Below are positions 63,390 to 64,000 of a DNA stretch of 64,000 nucleotides, in pieces. The stretch covers positions 3,410,001-3,474,000 of the forward strand of contig JAUFOQ010000001.1 of assembly GCA_040285855.1 (NCBI GenBank), in the 5' to 3' direction. The position numbers and the translations under genes are program-made. The stretch comes from Eukaryota sp. GEM-RC1. Lineage: Eukaryota. The notes below the pieces were generated by a model that was not told the origin of the DNA, searched no databases, and saw only the letters and a program-made list of their open reading frames with translations. How positions within the stretch are numbered: position 1 is the stretch's first letter; each line of letters starts with the position of its first letter.

Positions 63390-64000
63390 GTTTTGTTTAT
63401 ATCATATGAACTTCAGAACAATGAAAGAGAAACAAAAATAGTAGTTTCCATTGACTGCCCTTAAACAAACCAGACATGTTGAGTACAAATTGTGCCCTTT
63501 TGCGATTTCAATATATGGTCGAGTTGGTAATGTTACTGTTTGTTTTCTCCTTCATTTTGAGAAAGTTTTCAACAAAATAGTGAACAAGAAATTTGATTCT
63601 AGGTTTTGGCTGAATCGTAGTGTCTTTAGAATATTTAAAACAATTCCTGTTATGACCTCCAAAGCTCTTTTTGCTCTCAGTATTTTCTATGATGGAAAAG
63701 CTTCTGTGAGTTTCAGTGGCAATGATTGTTACTTTAATGATATTGAGTTCTAGTTTTTGTTCTTATTTTACTGTTTTTGTTCTGTAAACATGTCACAAAT
63801 ACAATAATGATCAAGTAAACGTCAAACTTGGTGAAAAGTGTACCACCCCATATATAAAAGAAAAAAATGGTTCGAAAATCCATTGATTCGTTCGAAATGT
63901 TTACTGGAAATGAGCATTTTTTAATCAAAACTACAATATTAGTTTTAACTGTAGAGGATTTTTCTGTTTCCTTCTGATTTTTACACGTAGTTGTACTTGA
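63390..64000 (+). repeat. Copy of spacer 54575-55186 (with LINE tail relic); probable start of a further cassette copy
   Basis: Near-identical to 54575-55186 up to the window end. Confidence 0.9.

Noticed and set aside
1..64000. rRNA, tRNA or spliceosomal introns
   Set aside because: None recognisable by eye; paralog comparisons explain ORF breaks by point changes or small indels. Short ncRNAs could be missed without a covariance search.

Overview
AT-rich, apparently intron-free eukaryotic DNA read in the standard genetic code. A flagellated protist is inferred from the kinesin and CEP164-type WW domains; the organism cannot be named from this window. The window is a duplication- and transposon-rich accessory region. 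(1) 1-1.7 kb: a kinesin motor/RCC1 gene. (2) 2-15.8 kb: a ~4.5-kb tandem array alternating a BTB gene with an uncharacterised gene X, mostly damaged copies. (3) 16.7-38 kb and 44-58.6 kb: six genes built from eIF4G-like parts (PAM2-like motif, YxxxxL-phi-like eIF4E-binding module, MIF4G, MA3-like) recombined with a CEP164-type WW domain or tandem BTB domains. (4) 43.8-64 kb: a repeated cassette pairing a BTB-BTB-MIF4G gene with a convergent RING-kinase-Sel1 gene whose Sel1 array differs roughly 25 vs 7 repeats between copies. The spacers contain hAT MITEs with TIRs and 8-bp TSDs, hAT transposase relics, non-LTR retrotransposon 3' ends and gene fragments, including an FtsJ/CMTR-like cap methyltransferase piece. 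The best candidate for a new system is the eIF4G-module/BTB chimera family plus its RING-kinase-Sel1 partner, a possible ubiquitin-linked translation-control or decoy-type defence locus. Domain calls come from motif recognition by eye. Many frameshifts look like long-read errors, so pseudogene status is uncertain.
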